A DNA stretch of 61,757 nt, filler included, from Blastocystis sp. subtype 4 (GCF_000743755.1; 8 parts of 8 records of this genome joined end to end with filler, not necessarily neighbours in it); one strand, 5' to 3'. Positions 49,031 to 61,757 are shown, counted from the first letter of the whole stretch. Notes: generated by a model from the sequence alone, not told the origin. Made by a program: numbers and translations.

Positions 49031-50016
49031 AATCATCCATTATTTGACCAGGAATATAATATGTGACGCTTCCAACGCTTCGCTTCATGATCACATAGAT
49101 GATCATTGCAACCTCATTGAAACCTACAAGTGAACCTTAAAATCGATTCGTACAAAAGTGTATGGCTCTAGGTTCACTTTGAATGCTAGCAAGAGCTTTC
49201 ATCAACGATTTGATTTCTATCCGCATCCGTATTGATATTACTGTTGTCATGTCGGTATCTACAGCAAAGACGGAAGAAAAGGTAGTTTCCATGAGAACTG
49301 CTACATTATTGCTTCTAGAGATAGATGAAGAAGCACATTAGTACGAGACTTTCAATGTACCTTGGTTATTTGCCTCAATTTTCACCGTTTTATCCACGAT
49401 CTTCATTCGACTCAATACAACTCTCAATTCTTTTGCCTTGCGTACGCAAAGCTTCAACTACAGATAACAAGAGAAGAAAGAATCAACAGATGGAGGAGTT
49501 ACACTAGGTTCATCATAGATACTAAACTCTTGTTGTTGAAGAACATTCACATTGATATCTTGCCGAATGTTAATTCCATCAACCATCTTCTCATCATATA
49601 ACTACTTCATTAGTACTTCCATATCAAAGAGCAATCCAGGAAGTCCACGATAGCAACTCAATTTCATATTAACACTCTTCACAGACTTTGTATTTTTCAT
49701 CGCCTTTGTGAACGACTGGGTTTTGAAAACAATATAGATGTGATTATCAGTATTACTCTCCGAAAGATAGTTGTCGAACATATCCTATACAGTCAAATTG
49801 AATGCATTCACAAACAAGTTTGAATTCTGTGTAGGCAGAAAAAGTGTGATCGGCTTGCATAGAACATGTCATAATCCCATTCATGGATATATGGAAGCAA
49901 ATAGTTTCAGATATCGATGCCAGGGAATTAATGGTTGCTACTCGTCAGTAGTGTAAAGAACTCTCACAGACGAATGTCTCAAAGAACTGAACTCGTATTG
50001 TGGCATGAAATCGCAT
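49031..50016 (-). CDS. HUS1: 9-1-1 checkpoint clamp subunit HUS1
   Basis: Spliced MRFHATI..., FDNYLSESNTDNHIYI, QDINVNVL...YDEPSV, RMKIVDKTVKIEANNQG, VTYYIPG; not in the ORF track. Confidence 0.75.
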
Positions 50017-50108
50017 TATTAGATAAGGATTCTTGGCGGGGAAAAGCCCTTCCAATGATATTGGGGATCCCAACTTTCAGTATCATTTTGTTTTGGAAGT
50101 GATTATCC

Positions 50109-50777
50109 ATGTCATCGCCGTTTGTACTGATTGTCCCTGGATTGCCGATGATTACACAATTTCAACAAATCGATACTACCAAGTTTGATTGTTCGATGGT
50201 TTTAAAGTAGATTCGTCACAATCCTTCCTAATCCTTCATCCATATCCGAGATTTGTTTCTCTGTTGTTTCTGGTATTTCTATTCCTGATTGCGGAAGTGA
50301 TATCTTTGTTACCATATGATTTTAGTTGCATTATATTTCTCGTTCAATGGTGGATCTACATGGTCGATTCTTGGAACAGTAACAACAAGTATTCCGAGGT
50401 AAAATACTATATTACTTTGTTATTCATAGTGGTATTTTCCGAACTGGTTGGAAGACAATGGGAGTTTCTCATTTGGAGACTGTTTCAATCGGTATTTCCC
50501 TAGAAAGGTACATTTGATCAAATCTATTCATCTTTTGTGGAGATTTTGTAATGAATATGAGTTCGGCAATCCCCAATCCTATTGATCGAGAACTACCTAT
50601 CATGAAAGTTGCTCAGGATTTATACAATTTCATTACATCTTATGGCAATTCAAGGTATGCATTATGGGTGGTTATTGTTGTAGTGGAGATAAATTGATTA
50701 TCCCTGCTGATATTATGGATAGATGGCTAGATAAAACAAAGAAGAAGCTAGAGAATGATCCTCAGTGTTTCTTTTAA
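50109..50777 (+). CDS. HIKESHI: Hikeshi/OPI10 (Hsp70 nuclear import carrier)
   Basis: MSSPFVLIVPGLPMITQFQQIDTTKFV..., KVAQDLYNFITSY, IPADIMDRWLDKTKKKLENDP. Confidence 0.8.
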
Positions 50778-50802
50778 TTGATACTGTTTACAACAAAGCA
50801 CA

Positions 50803-52939
50803 CTAATTCTTTCTCTTTCTACTTCGTTTCTTAGCTGCCTTCCGTTCTTCTTTCTCCTTCATCTTCTTTTCAAACTCTTTCTTCTCTCTTTTGCGATTCT
50901 TCTTCTGCTCTTTTCGACTCTGCTTCTCTTCCTCTTCCTCTCGTTTCAGTTTCTTCTGTAGCAACGATTTGAACTTACCCACCTTTTCCTTGGATACCCT
51001 CCAATCATGATCACGATAAGGAGCAAGCTTCTTCATTGACACAAACTGACGTAGATCCTTATCATCAGCTTTCATGATCTCTTCTGTTGACAGTCCATAT
51101 GAGAGAGGTTTCACTTTCGTATAGTGGAATCTTACTGGCATTGAACCAATCATATCTTCATAATCTAATTGGTAGAGTTCATCCATCAGCTTCTCTGCCT
51201 CCTTCCGAGCTTGTTTGGCTTCTTCTGTGTCCTCAGGAGTTTCATCTTCAGTAAGGTTATCTTCACCACTCCCATGGCCAGAAGGTTCACCCTCACTATT
51301 GCCTTCATCATTCAACAATGCATCATCTTCTTCCATCTCCTTGTCCATTTCTGCCATCTCTTCAGGTAACTCGTCCTCATCAAATATCTCCTCCAAATGC
51401 AAATCTGGCTTCTTCAATTCCTCTTGATCATCTATACCTCATTCGCTTTTTTCTTCATCACCTTCAGCATAATAATCGTCATTAAATACACTCTCCATCT
51501 CCTTATCATACTTGTCAGGATCCCAATCCTCATCAAGATTAATCCCTTCCACTTTGTTATTCCCTACATTTGGTTCTCCCCTGTTCTATCCTACCACTAA
51601 TAACACGTATTTTATTCAGTTTACTCTCAATCTCCTGTCGTTTTAATGCACGTAAACGACGTAACTCCTCTTCTCGACGTTTTCTCTCATCCTCCTGTCT
51701 CGTGTAGTGAAGGAATGATTTATAATCAATATGATAGGATATAATCGTTTGGCTTCACGTTCTTGCTTTCGCTTATCCTTCTTACGACGCATTGAACCTT
51801 CAATCTGACTACTATCAACTCTTCCTAAGTAGTCTTACCGCGGATACATCACTAAGTTGTCTTGCTCAAATCGTGTGTTAAACAGGTGCTCGAATCGATC
51901 TTGTTGATCAATATCCTTAATATCTTCATCAAGATCCTCTTCTGGCTTCGCTTCAGTTCCGACAATCTCTGTGTAACTAAAGTGAACAGCTAAGAGGAAA
52001 TAATACCTCGGAACATAATCATCGCCCTCTTCTCTCCAACGCATGTTCTTCACATAATCCAAAAGGAAACGCTCCTTTTCATCCTCTGGGTTGGCATCTA
52101 AGAATCCTTTTACCCGCTCTTTCTTCTCTTCATCCATGTTATTGTTCACGTAGTCCTGAAATAGAGCAGAATCCTCCTCTGCAGTATCTCGTTTTGTAAA
52201 GAATTCATCTTCAGAGTCCTCATCCTCGACTTGATTCCTGACATGAAGGAAGCTAATGAAAACTAGTCACAGGATATTCCTCTTCTTTGATTCCCTGTAG
52301 AACTTCATCTTTCAGTTCTTGCATTTCCTGTGCAAAACTCTTCGGAGGCTGTTCTGCATCATCAGAGTCTTCATCACTTGCCATTTTGCCACTAGATGAT
52401 TACTATTGAATTTCGTGTGTACGATAAAACTTGTTCTCGAATCATATCCTTCGCAGTTCTAATGATCGTTTTCCTGTTTGTACTCCTACAGTTTCTTTCC
52501 ACTACTCTTTGATTTTGGAACTTCCTCTTCACTATCCATGTTATCAAAAGGTTTAAAATCCTTATCATGGATTCTACAAGATAAGGAACCGTCAAGAAAA
52601 AAGAACTTTGGGTCGTGGTTTTTAATCATCTGAATGACGTTCAAAATTTCAGCTTCCTTCCTAAAACTACGTCTCAACAACAAATCTTGTGGTTACGTTA
52701 GTTCTTGTCCCTCGTCTTCAGTCGACGTATCTTCACTCAGGTCAACCCCCAGTTCTCTTGCCCGAGCAAGCTCTTGTCGTTGTTTTCTCTTCTCAAAGCT
52801 ATCTTTCAACTATTACCAACTTCATTTACTTTTCCTTGTACTCTTTGTTCACATGCAATTGGTTAAGGTCATCTGACTCCATACTCTCATCATCGTCACT
52901 AAAGACTTTTTTCTTCTTCTCATAACCCTTATCTTTCAT
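50803..52939 (-). CDS. KRI1: 40S biogenesis factor KRI1
   Basis: LHVNKEY, FLLDYVKNMRW, DELYQLDYEDMIGSMPVRFHYTKVKPLSYGLSTEEIMKADDKDLRQFVSMKKLAPYR. Confidence 0.92.
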
Positions 52940-52999
52940 CCCCTGATTATATTCAAAGAAAATCTTAGATAAGAGAAAACAATCATGAAAACACAAGAA

Positions 53000-53900
53000 C
53001 TAAATAGAAAATGGGATAAATCCACAGCACGATGAGCATCCACAGCGACATGGAACTCGTTTAGAAGGTATAGAAACTCCACCATAATGAATGGTGATTT
53101 CCTCTCCTTTCTTTATCAAACGCTTTGCAATGAAGAAGACATGCGGGATAATAGATCCTTTTCGGACCTACATATTATACCCGTTCATACACCTACAAGA
53201 AGAATCCCACAATTCGATTCACAAGCATGATTAATAAAACGAGACTCATTTCCAAAGTTTGTTGCATCGATACACGTACGAATTGTCATATTCCTTCGGT
53301 TAAAAAGGATTCCGTCAACTACGTGTATTGCTCCCGTATTTCAAGAATGTAGACCATGTCACTGGCTTCAAGTCGTTTGTTTGCTTCCTTGTGTCGAATC
53401 ACCTCTCCCACATACTCAACAACAACACTTCCTGCAGGAATATCAACAGTAGCAAATAATCCATATCCCTTGTCTCTTGTTTTCTGTATCTACAGTAACA
53501 GTGAACATATACACGTACAACAAACGAAGTAACATCCAGTACACGCGATGAATTTCCACACAATAATCCATGGCAACGACATTGTGAATGGCATTCATAG
53601 ATAGAAGGAAGTAAATCAAGTTCCTTCAAGAATTCCGTTCTAATTCGTCCCTGATTGTCGAATATATGTTCTGATAAATAGAGATAGAATACAAACTACC
53701 TGCTCTATGAGATAACTGGCAACATGAACAGTTACCATCACAGTTATTATTGCAAGAACATCCAGAAATTTCCTATAGTTTAGAATACGACTAGAACGAT
53801 ACATAAAGAACAGGAAGAGAGTCAAAGCGGTTTTCTTGAATCCTCTAAAATGAAAGCGATCCTACTCGTATACAGTGACATTCTTCCAACAGTCCTCCAT
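53000..53900 (-). CDS. Pre-SET/SET/post-SET histone methyltransferase (SETMAR/SUV39-like)
   Basis: IYECHSQCRC, KGYGL, EYVGE, IDATNFGNESRFINHAC, KGEEITIHYG, CRCGCSSC. Confidence 0.88.
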
Positions 53901-54107
53901 TATGAATCAGTGAAAATGGTCAATTTTATTTTCATGAGCTGTTGTTATTTCTAGTCTGGATCAACCATTCAAGTTGTGTTTATTCTCCCATCTCCATCAT
54001 AGAATGGCATGGAATCGTATCTATTCTCAGAAGTACTAATTCCTATTTAAAAAGGGTTGAGAAACGCATTGGATAATTAAAATGCCCATTATTAAGATTC
54101 ACTGAAA

Positions 54108-54207
54108 NNNNNNNNNNNNNNNNNNNNNNNNNNNNNNNNNNNNNNNNNNNNTTAATTAATTAANNNNNNNNNNNNNNNNNNNNNNNNNNNNNNNNNNNNN
54201 NNNNNNN
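54108..54207. other. Artificial contig spacer
   Basis: N44-TTAATTAATTAA-N44. Confidence 0.99.
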
Positions 54208-54642
54208 GTGAGACTACTTCAAATCTTCTTCGTAACATTTGTCTTCCTGGACTGAGTGTTCCTAATGTGAACTGGAATGAGATTTGTATGTAAATCATGA
54301 ATTGGTGTTGTTTGTTTTTACAGTTCCTATGCGGATCCTCTCTAACATGATTCCAGATCAAGTGAAAATAGCTTGAACCAATCATTTATACCTGTACCTC
54401 GTCCTTTGTTAATTCAGAATAGGAATCCCTAGTAACTCGCTTCCCAGCTTAGAAACTCATTAGAAACATATCACTTGTGTTTATTCACAAAGAATTGTAA
54501 TAATATCAAGAGAATACGTGAGATGATTCAAAATATGCGATGATATACGTTAATACATGAATCCCCGCGTAAGTCATAGTTTGATATATAAAACCTTGTG
54601 GATCTCACCACAGTCTGAATCTTTTTTTATACTTGTGAGTGA

Positions 54643-56644
54643 ATGGTACCAGCCCGATCGTTTTTCCTTTGTTTATCGGTCGGTCTAGTTCTTATACAAC
54701 TATGTATTAGGTATTGTTGGTACTCCATTGTGTTTGTTGTAGTTTGGGACATTTGAAATTACCTTTTTCGTTACTACAGTTTGGTGTGAGTGTGTTCCCT
54801 TTGGTTGTAGCGAATATGGTTAGGGTAATATCTAGAATGATAGTTCGGTTCATTCTTTGGAGTATGTATTGCAAATGGAATATGATAATCACATATTTCG
54901 TGAGGAAGTAACAATGATCCCAGTGATGGCCCATAAGGAGCCTGACATTGAATTGGATGAAAATAATGGAAATACCACTGTGAGTGTCGATGGTTTCCAT
55001 ATCCTTAAAACGGATAGTCGGAATGGTACAGAAGAACGGACGAAAATACTAACTTATCAAGGTAGTTCGACACTAGAACAAGTGACTCAAGTTCCACTTC
55101 AGCATCCTATGTCATCTGAACCTCCTACGTTCAGTAAGCCAGTGATTCCATCTCGACGTATCCCTAGTCATGGATCTGACTCGTCTCCTTTTGTCTCCAG
55201 TGTGAAATTTTACCCTGTGCCTCAGACTTTCAGTCGTCTACCTCAAGATGGCAATCCCCTCCATTCAAATCTTATTCTGCGTCAACAACGTGATTTTCGT
55301 TATATCTTCATTCTATTATAACGTGTAGTTAAGAAACGATCTCCAGAGTTGTTTGGTCCGGTAATTCAGGATCGAACCAAACAAGGAATTTGTAATTCCT
55401 GTGAGCTATGTGTAGGAGGAGTGAACTGTACATCATACACAACAAAAGCTGAGAGTAGGTCTGATACTTGGAGTTTACACCCAGATTGGGATCTCCCATC
55501 TCGTTCCGTATTTGATGTAACTGCTGTTATTGCTTCCACGTTCTTTTGATGTCTCTTATTGATGTCTAGTGATTCACGGATCCCTTTCTTTCAGTTTCTA
55601 ATTCCTCGTTGGAAGGGGTAACTATGAGTTCTCTCTATCATATTTAGTCCACTGGTTGTTGCTATGCTCGTTCGTAATAACGACGTAATTAGTGTCAAAC
55701 AGAAGCTGGAGGAAGCACATCTGCCTTCTTCCTACCATGTCATTTTAGTGATTGTTAAGAAGAGTAGTCGATTTTACTCCAATTTTCCTGTGAACAAACT
55801 TCGTAACATTGCAATTCGCCATGTTGTCTCATCTCACTTTCTTGTGATGGACATGGATTTGTGGCCTACAGGTATGGCTAATAAGGCTTTCGTTCCATAG
55901 ACAATACATACAATGCATTGCACCATATTCCTTCTCAGATTCTTAATAACAAGACCAGTGCTGTGATTTTACCTGTATTCTTCCTCAATAATCGTGAGGA
56001 GATTTTGAAACAATGTAACTCCATCATAACGTGTGCTAAATTGTCCTTTCTATCAAAATGAGTTAGCTCTAGAAGTAGTGCTCTTTTCCCTTCAACTAAG
56101 CGTAAACTCGTGAGTGCTTTGGCTCGTGGTACAATTTCTTCAATAAAAGGAATTGCAGGCAGTCATGTATATGGCTCTCTTTGCAATGAATTGTAGTTAT
56201 ATGTCACAGACAAGTGGAATAAGCTTCGAAGCCATTCTATTGCTCGTCTGACATGTTTTCCATCCCGATATCAAGAACCGTAGACTATGATTGGATGGGT
56301 AGAGAATAGATATTTAATGATCCGTTATTCTAATGATACAATTCTCTTTGATGAGCGATTCATCAACTATGGTTGTAACAAAGTTCAATACGTTGATTAT
56401 TTGCGTCATTTGGGATATCAGTTTTATATTCTGGGTGATGAGTTTGCTATGGATGTTCTTCATCCAGATTCCAGTCATCGAACTCATTTTCTTGACTATC
56501 GAAAGAGAACTCAGAAACCAGAAATGACGATCGTTTGTTATGACTATCTCGATCGTCTCGATCTTTCATATCCTGCGACTTCTGCTGTTTTGCCCCTTTG
56601 TTATATGCATCAGGCTCCATCATATATTCTAATGAAGTACAGTT
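54643..56644 (+). CDS. GT49 (LARGE/B4GAT1-like) glycosyltransferase
   Basis: FPVNKLRNIA, FLVMDMDLWP (DxD), YQEPY, FDERFINYGCNKVQY; T56644 + 4 nt + TGTTTGTT. Confidence 0.85.
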
Positions 56645-56906
56645 CGCTTGTTTGTTTGGTACCACTGGTGTAGAATCTAAGAAACAAAATTGGGACATTT
56701 TGTGTATCAAATGACCCAATTCCTGTGTTTATCAGAAGAACTGTCTGTCTATCGAATTATCAAGTCTCTCCTTGAGATTATTGAAATTAGTAAATATATT
56801 TTGCTCCAATGTCACAGACGAATTCTTCGAATACAAATAACTCAAATGTACGTCCTATGAATGTCGTTGACTTGCTATTCTGAACTGAAAGCTTACGGAG
56901 ATCTAG

Positions 56907-58030
56907 ATGAATCAGAGTCTCGGAAACACAGAGACTCCGGTAATAAAAGACTGTTATTATTTCCTCACAACGGGATGTCTCAAAGTAAGATGTTAATAGA
57001 CTAGAAGTGGGAATGATACTAACCATTCGAGTAGGGAGATAACTGTCCTTTCCGCCATAATCCAGAAGTGAAAAAAGTCAATATGATCTGTTCAAAATTC
57101 TTAAAGGGTGGTTGTCATGATCCTAACTGCCAGTTCATTCACCTTCCATCTCTTGTATTTCCTTTTGTTTAGTGTTATCTCTTAGCCAACTGTTCCTCAT
57201 CATCCTCATCGTCCTATGGATCATCGTGCTTCTAACCCTCCGGAAAGGACTGACTGCAAGTATTTCAAGCAGGGAAGGTGTAAAAATGGAGACCGATGCC
57301 CATATCTTCATACTACACAGGGTTTGAGTGGTGAGTGTGTGTTCCTGTAGATTCCTCTGCCTTAACCCAGCAGCTGGCTGCCTTGGTTGCTCTGGTGCAG
57401 AATCAGGTGACTACTCCCCAATCGTCTAACAAGTCACAAAAGAGGCCCTATGCTGCTGGAACTCCTTCAAAACGGCTTCAAGTAATTGACACCGATGGTT
57501 CAGATCCACTTGGCTACGCACCTGCTGCTTCGACGACGTCTCCACAGCTGTTGCAAGAGAAAGCAAATCGTGTAAAACAGCAAGTCAACAAGATGGTGGA
57601 AGGTCATTTGACAAAGCAAGGAAAGCGAAATAGCCTGCTAACCCCAACTCATGTTCCTTCAGTCAATGACTTTGTAGTTAGAACCCGAGCAGAGATTCTG
57701 GCAGAGAAGAAGGCGAAGGAGCAAGCTGCCCTGCAGGATTCTTCGAAGATGAGGTCCTCTCCTTCAGCGGAAGGTTCTGCCGTTGCTGTTGTGACTCCTG
57801 CAACTACTGTGGTTCCTGCAACTACAACCACTTCACCGACTACCACTCCTTCCACGATCACTACTCCAACAACTACAGCCCCAATAATTCAGGATGCCAT
57901 TACTGAGCCAGATGAAGCCTCCTTCGATGAAGGAGATGTGGATGATTCAGATTTCAGAGATGGTAACTCCTTCACTTCCTTCTTATATGTAGAGCTGGCG
58001 GAAATTGATAGAGTCATGGGTAGTGCTTAA
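56907..58030 (+). CDS. Three-CCCH zinc finger protein (ZC3H11-like)
   Basis: DCYYFLTTGCLK|GDNCPFRH, ICSKFLKGGCHDPNCQFIH, DCKYFKQGRCKNGDRCPYLH, then a low-complexity tail. Confidence 0.8.
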
Positions 58031-58099
58031 TGAATTGTTTGTTTTTAAGAATCGGTTGGGAAGCCCAATTTACGACATAGATTTTGAAAACGATATCGG

Positions 58100-59633
58100 A
58101 TGTCTGCAAGTGGGATGTTTTCCTTCCCGATCCTATCGGATAAGGAGATTCTCGATACAATGGGTCAGTTGGGAATTGCTTTGGAGATTGGCGATTTGAA
58201 CACTCCTTCCTCCAAGAAAGTTGTGGATACGTTTGTTAGTCTCATGAGCGTAAGTTCAGGTATTCCTTATGACGAAATTTCTGTCTATGACAAGGAGAAT
58301 GCAAAGAAGTTCAATTTAGAAGCTAATTCCCATCTCCTTTCGGTAATCACCGTATTTGGTCCATTGTAAAGGTTCCAGTGGCATCTAAGGAATAGAAGTG
58401 ACTATATGTCGGTCTGTCGAGTCCATGATTTTGCCTTTTCGGATTTACTTCAGCCAACTCCAGCTCGATTCAAAGAACAAATCAGTGCAGCCATTAACTT
58501 TATCATGTTTTCCGATGAAGTTGTGAATCAGCTCCGTGTATACAAAGATAAGAAGGTAGATAGACTGGAACAAGAATTTATCCGTAGGAAGCATTAAATG
58601 AAAAGATACGAAGCATTGAATACGACCTCAAAGTAACCCAGAGTCGTCGCGATGCTTTAGAGTGAGGGACTGAATATACTGTTGATTGAATAGAACACAA
58701 AAGCAAAGAGATCGGGATTTGGTTGTAGAACAGAAAGAAAAGAATAAACGGCTAGAAGAAGAAATTGAAAAGCAGAATATCGAGCAACAACGACTAAAGG
58801 AAACCTCAAATGGAATCAAAGTGGAAATGAAAGAGATCACACGACGAATTGTAGGATTACTTCTTGATAACAAGTTGTAGAATATCCTGGAACAGCAAAT
58901 CCGCGATGAAAACCAAACAACGTTAGAGTTGGGTGAGAAGATCGTGGCTTCGCCTCGTAAGTTGAAGCAAGATGTTTCGGATATGAAGGATGAATATGCT
59001 CGCTTGACGGCAGAATGTCGGACGTTGACTCTTCAAGCAACCGATCTTCAAGCTCAGAACGTGACCGTGAAACAGGCAGCAGCAGTAGAGATGAATAGAG
59101 GATCTAATACTTAGCGTCTTGAAGGGATCCTGCAGAAACTGGAGGAATCTCAACGCATTCTAGAGAGCCGAGACCAGTTGAATCAACAATTGGAAGAGAT
59201 CAAGAATCGAATTCGTGAATTGAAAAAGGAGTTGGAAGATGGATTGATCGAGCAGAAGGTGAGAAATGAGATAGATAATAAGCGATAGAAGTATGAGTTG
59301 CAGCTAAAGAGAGAAGAGGAGGAAGTAGAAGAGTTACGTAAACGAGTTGTAACCAGCTCCAAATCTAGCTCCACATTGTTGGAGAGTTTGCGAGGTGAAA
59401 TTCATGCTCTGGAGGACTCGGTAGCTTCTTTGCGAGAAGAGAAGACTGTGTGGGAGAAGCGATTAGAAGAGATGGATGTAGAGGTTTGTGAGAGGGGTGG
59501 AGATGAGTTGTAGAAGAAGCAACGCGTTAGTGAGAGTCGAGGGCAGCTGGAGAAGCGTATTACAATGATGGAAGAGTTGCTACAGCGAGTGAAGAGTTAT
59601 CAGGAGGTGATGATCCAAAGTGTAACCTTTTAA
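58100..59633 (+). CDS. NUF2: Kinetochore protein NUF2
   Basis: FSFPILSDKEI...DLNTP, DFAFSDLLQPTPARFKEQISAAINF, long coiled coil. Confidence 0.9.
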
Positions 59634-59715
59634 ATCTGTTTCTTTAACTATCTATATTTAGAAGGACCTAGTCTGATTATTGATAACAACGCACAACTAG
59701 AATCGAACAAACAAT

Positions 59716-61273
59716 TCAGTCAAAAGAGATTAAATCCTCAAAGTCCTCTTTCTTGGTTATTACCTCTGGCTTCACTTCAGGCTCCTCCTTCTTCATTTGA
59801 ATATCACGTTTCTTTTCTTCTCGTTTCTTCTGTTTTTCTGCTTCTTGGAGACGTAAACAATCCACATGATATACAGGTCCACCTTTCACAGGCTCCACTG
59901 CATCCTTGAAACTAGATATCAAATTCATTCCCATTTTTCATACAACCAGCCTTTTCGTACCGAATCATCCAATTCCACATATTCCAATTTCTCCCCACAA
60001 AATCCACAGTAGCAACGATTAACATCATATTCCACATATTGAATCTTCTCCTACAAATTACTTCTCTCTCTCATTTTCACCTCTGTCTCTTCTTTAGGTA
60101 TCTCCACCTCCGTTCTCAACACCCATTCACTTCGTGTCTTGTACCATCCTCGATACTGTCGATGGGCCTCGAAGTCCTCATTTACCTTGTGATGCAGAAT
60201 GACATGAGCCGTGTACTATCCATCACTCTTTTACTCTAAACTCACCTCATTCTCCTTCTTGAAGACTATTCCACAACCTGGACACATTGCATAATACCGA
60301 TTGTCCTCTGGTTCCTTTTCAATATCATGGAGCAACTGACGACCCTCAACAAGCAACTTGTCCGTGTCATTCCAGTTGTCAAAAGAATATACTTTGGTTG
60401 TCGATGTGACAACATCCGTAGGAATCTTCGGTACTATTGGAGTTGCTTGCTTCACTCCCATCAACTTATTCTGTTCAGTCTGATATCGAATAACTTGCTT
60501 TATAAAGTCCAAATGGGAACGTACTGTCTGTTTTCAAAACCATACAACACAACTTACGGGATAAACTTGTTGATCTAGCAACTCCTTATTAATTGTGAAC
60601 AAGGGGTTCAGATCATCATCGTCACTTAGCTCACCCAGATTTTCATCATCCATATAGTCAGTAACGCGATAAACTGTAGGTTGACTTGAACGAACTGAAA
60701 CTTGCTGGCGAGGAAGGTTTCCGTACAGTCCATTGTTAAAACTCTGATTCCACACTGCATCAAATGTATGCGCATCTTGACAAATCAAGGAGACTCGTTT
60801 CTACGTAAGCATACTCAGTAACATTCTACGACAATTTCTTCAATCACATGAGCCGGGAAAGTTCTTTGTCTAGCCCAGAGACCCACAATACTCCCCATCT
60901 TACTTCGCATTTCATTATTTGCCTATATGGTAATTAATTTCCATATTGCTCCTACCGATTCAAAGTATGAAGCAATAATTGTAGAGATCGAAGATATAAA
61001 GTAGTCCGTACATTTCCTTCCTATTGTTTTAAACATGTAATCTAATAAATATAAAAGCGGCTTCTTGTTTTGCACCGTTGCCTAGTTTCACAACCACTTC
61101 CTAATTCCTACACTTGCCATGCTCCTTTCAATCAAGTCGCATGCTTGTGTAAATATTGGAGGATTATTCATAATCAGATCCGTGATCTTCTTGATTGTAT
61201 TCAATGGGACATTGGGTCCCATGGCTATGATCATGTCATTAATCTGATTCAATAATCCAGTGAGTGATGCCAT
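59716..61273 (-). CDS. PCF11: PCF11-like cleavage/termination factor (CID + two zinc fingers)
   Basis: N-terminal CID-like TIKKITD...KPLLYLLDYMFK; CPGCGIVF...H...H; CGFCGEKLE...W...FKDAV...YHVDC. Confidence 0.75.
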
Positions 61274-61469
61274 GACTATGAAATGGAAAATGTGATTAGC
61301 TATCTTGCATTTTGGATGGAATTTGTATTAGTATTCAATTTGACTCTTTATATTTTCTTCACCCTTTTCACGAAGTGGGTATTTCCTAGGGGAACACTTT
61401 TGTTGATAATCAAAAGAACAGGAACTACAGTACATTTACCATTGTCATTTTCAATTCCTCCCATTTCCA

Positions 61470-61757
61470 ATGAAATTTTCTCGTCTTGTTGTACTATTTT
61501 TCTTCATTGTTCTTTGTCTTGCTGCTGTACATATCCTTGTTTTGTCTGAATACCGTTGTTACCTTAACCAGTACCTGCTTATGCTGAGGATGCTGCCGTT
61601 GAAGCTGCTATTCCAGAGGATGATGATAATATCGATGACATTCTCGATGCCACTATTGAGGAGCCTGAGGAGGTTGATGATGATGTTTCATATGATGCAG
61701 ATGAGGAGGAGCCTATGGTTATGAAGGCCATTCGTATGCCTGTTCATCCCTTGACTG
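61470..61757 (+). CDS. 5' fragment of a secretory-pathway protein with acidic N-terminus (TRAP-alpha-like possible)
   Basis: Signal peptide MKFSRLVVLFFFIVL, then in another frame PAYAEDAAVEAAIPEDDDNIDD...; intron position uncertain. Confidence 0.4.

Noticed and set aside
50030..50046. E2F-like GGCGGGGAAAA upstream of HUS1 and CCGCG words near other starts
   Set aside because: Imperfect match and too few instances to distinguish from chance.
19371..61273. CPSF30 and PCF11 as a physically linked gene cluster
   Set aside because: They lie on different, arbitrarily ordered contigs.

Overview
This is not prokaryotic DNA. It is a very compact, intron-rich eukaryotic nuclear genome, most likely Blastocystis (an anaerobic gut stramenopile). 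The assignment is inferred from ubiquitous ~28-35 nt GT-AG introns, tiny intergenic gaps and a TGTTTGTT motif at gene 3' ends. The window is eight unrelated contigs of ~7.6 kb, ordered by decreasing length and joined by artificial N44-TTAATTAATTAA-N44 spacers, so adjacency across spacers means nothing. About 45 genes or gene fragments were reconstructed by manual splicing, several of them invisible in the ORF track (NOP10, PEN-2, HUS1, Hikeshi, NOP56, RPL11, a DUF5808 protein). Main signal: at about 10 genes the stop codon is not encoded where the protein should end. A codon-position-1 T lies exactly 4 nt before TGTTTGTT(-like), so poly(A) addition would create UAA; in a Rab this exposes a CXC prenylation end. 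The window also encodes a remodelled CPSF30 (CCCH x4 + degenerate YTH + DCD-like + KH-like) and PCF11, candidate parts of that machinery. Other highlights: two intronic box C/D RNAs, a mitochondrion-targeted phosphoglycerate mutase, a bacterial-type DUF5808 gene with introns, and two surface proteins. All family calls are by eye, with no searches run. CDS coordinates span introns, and some starts are approximate.
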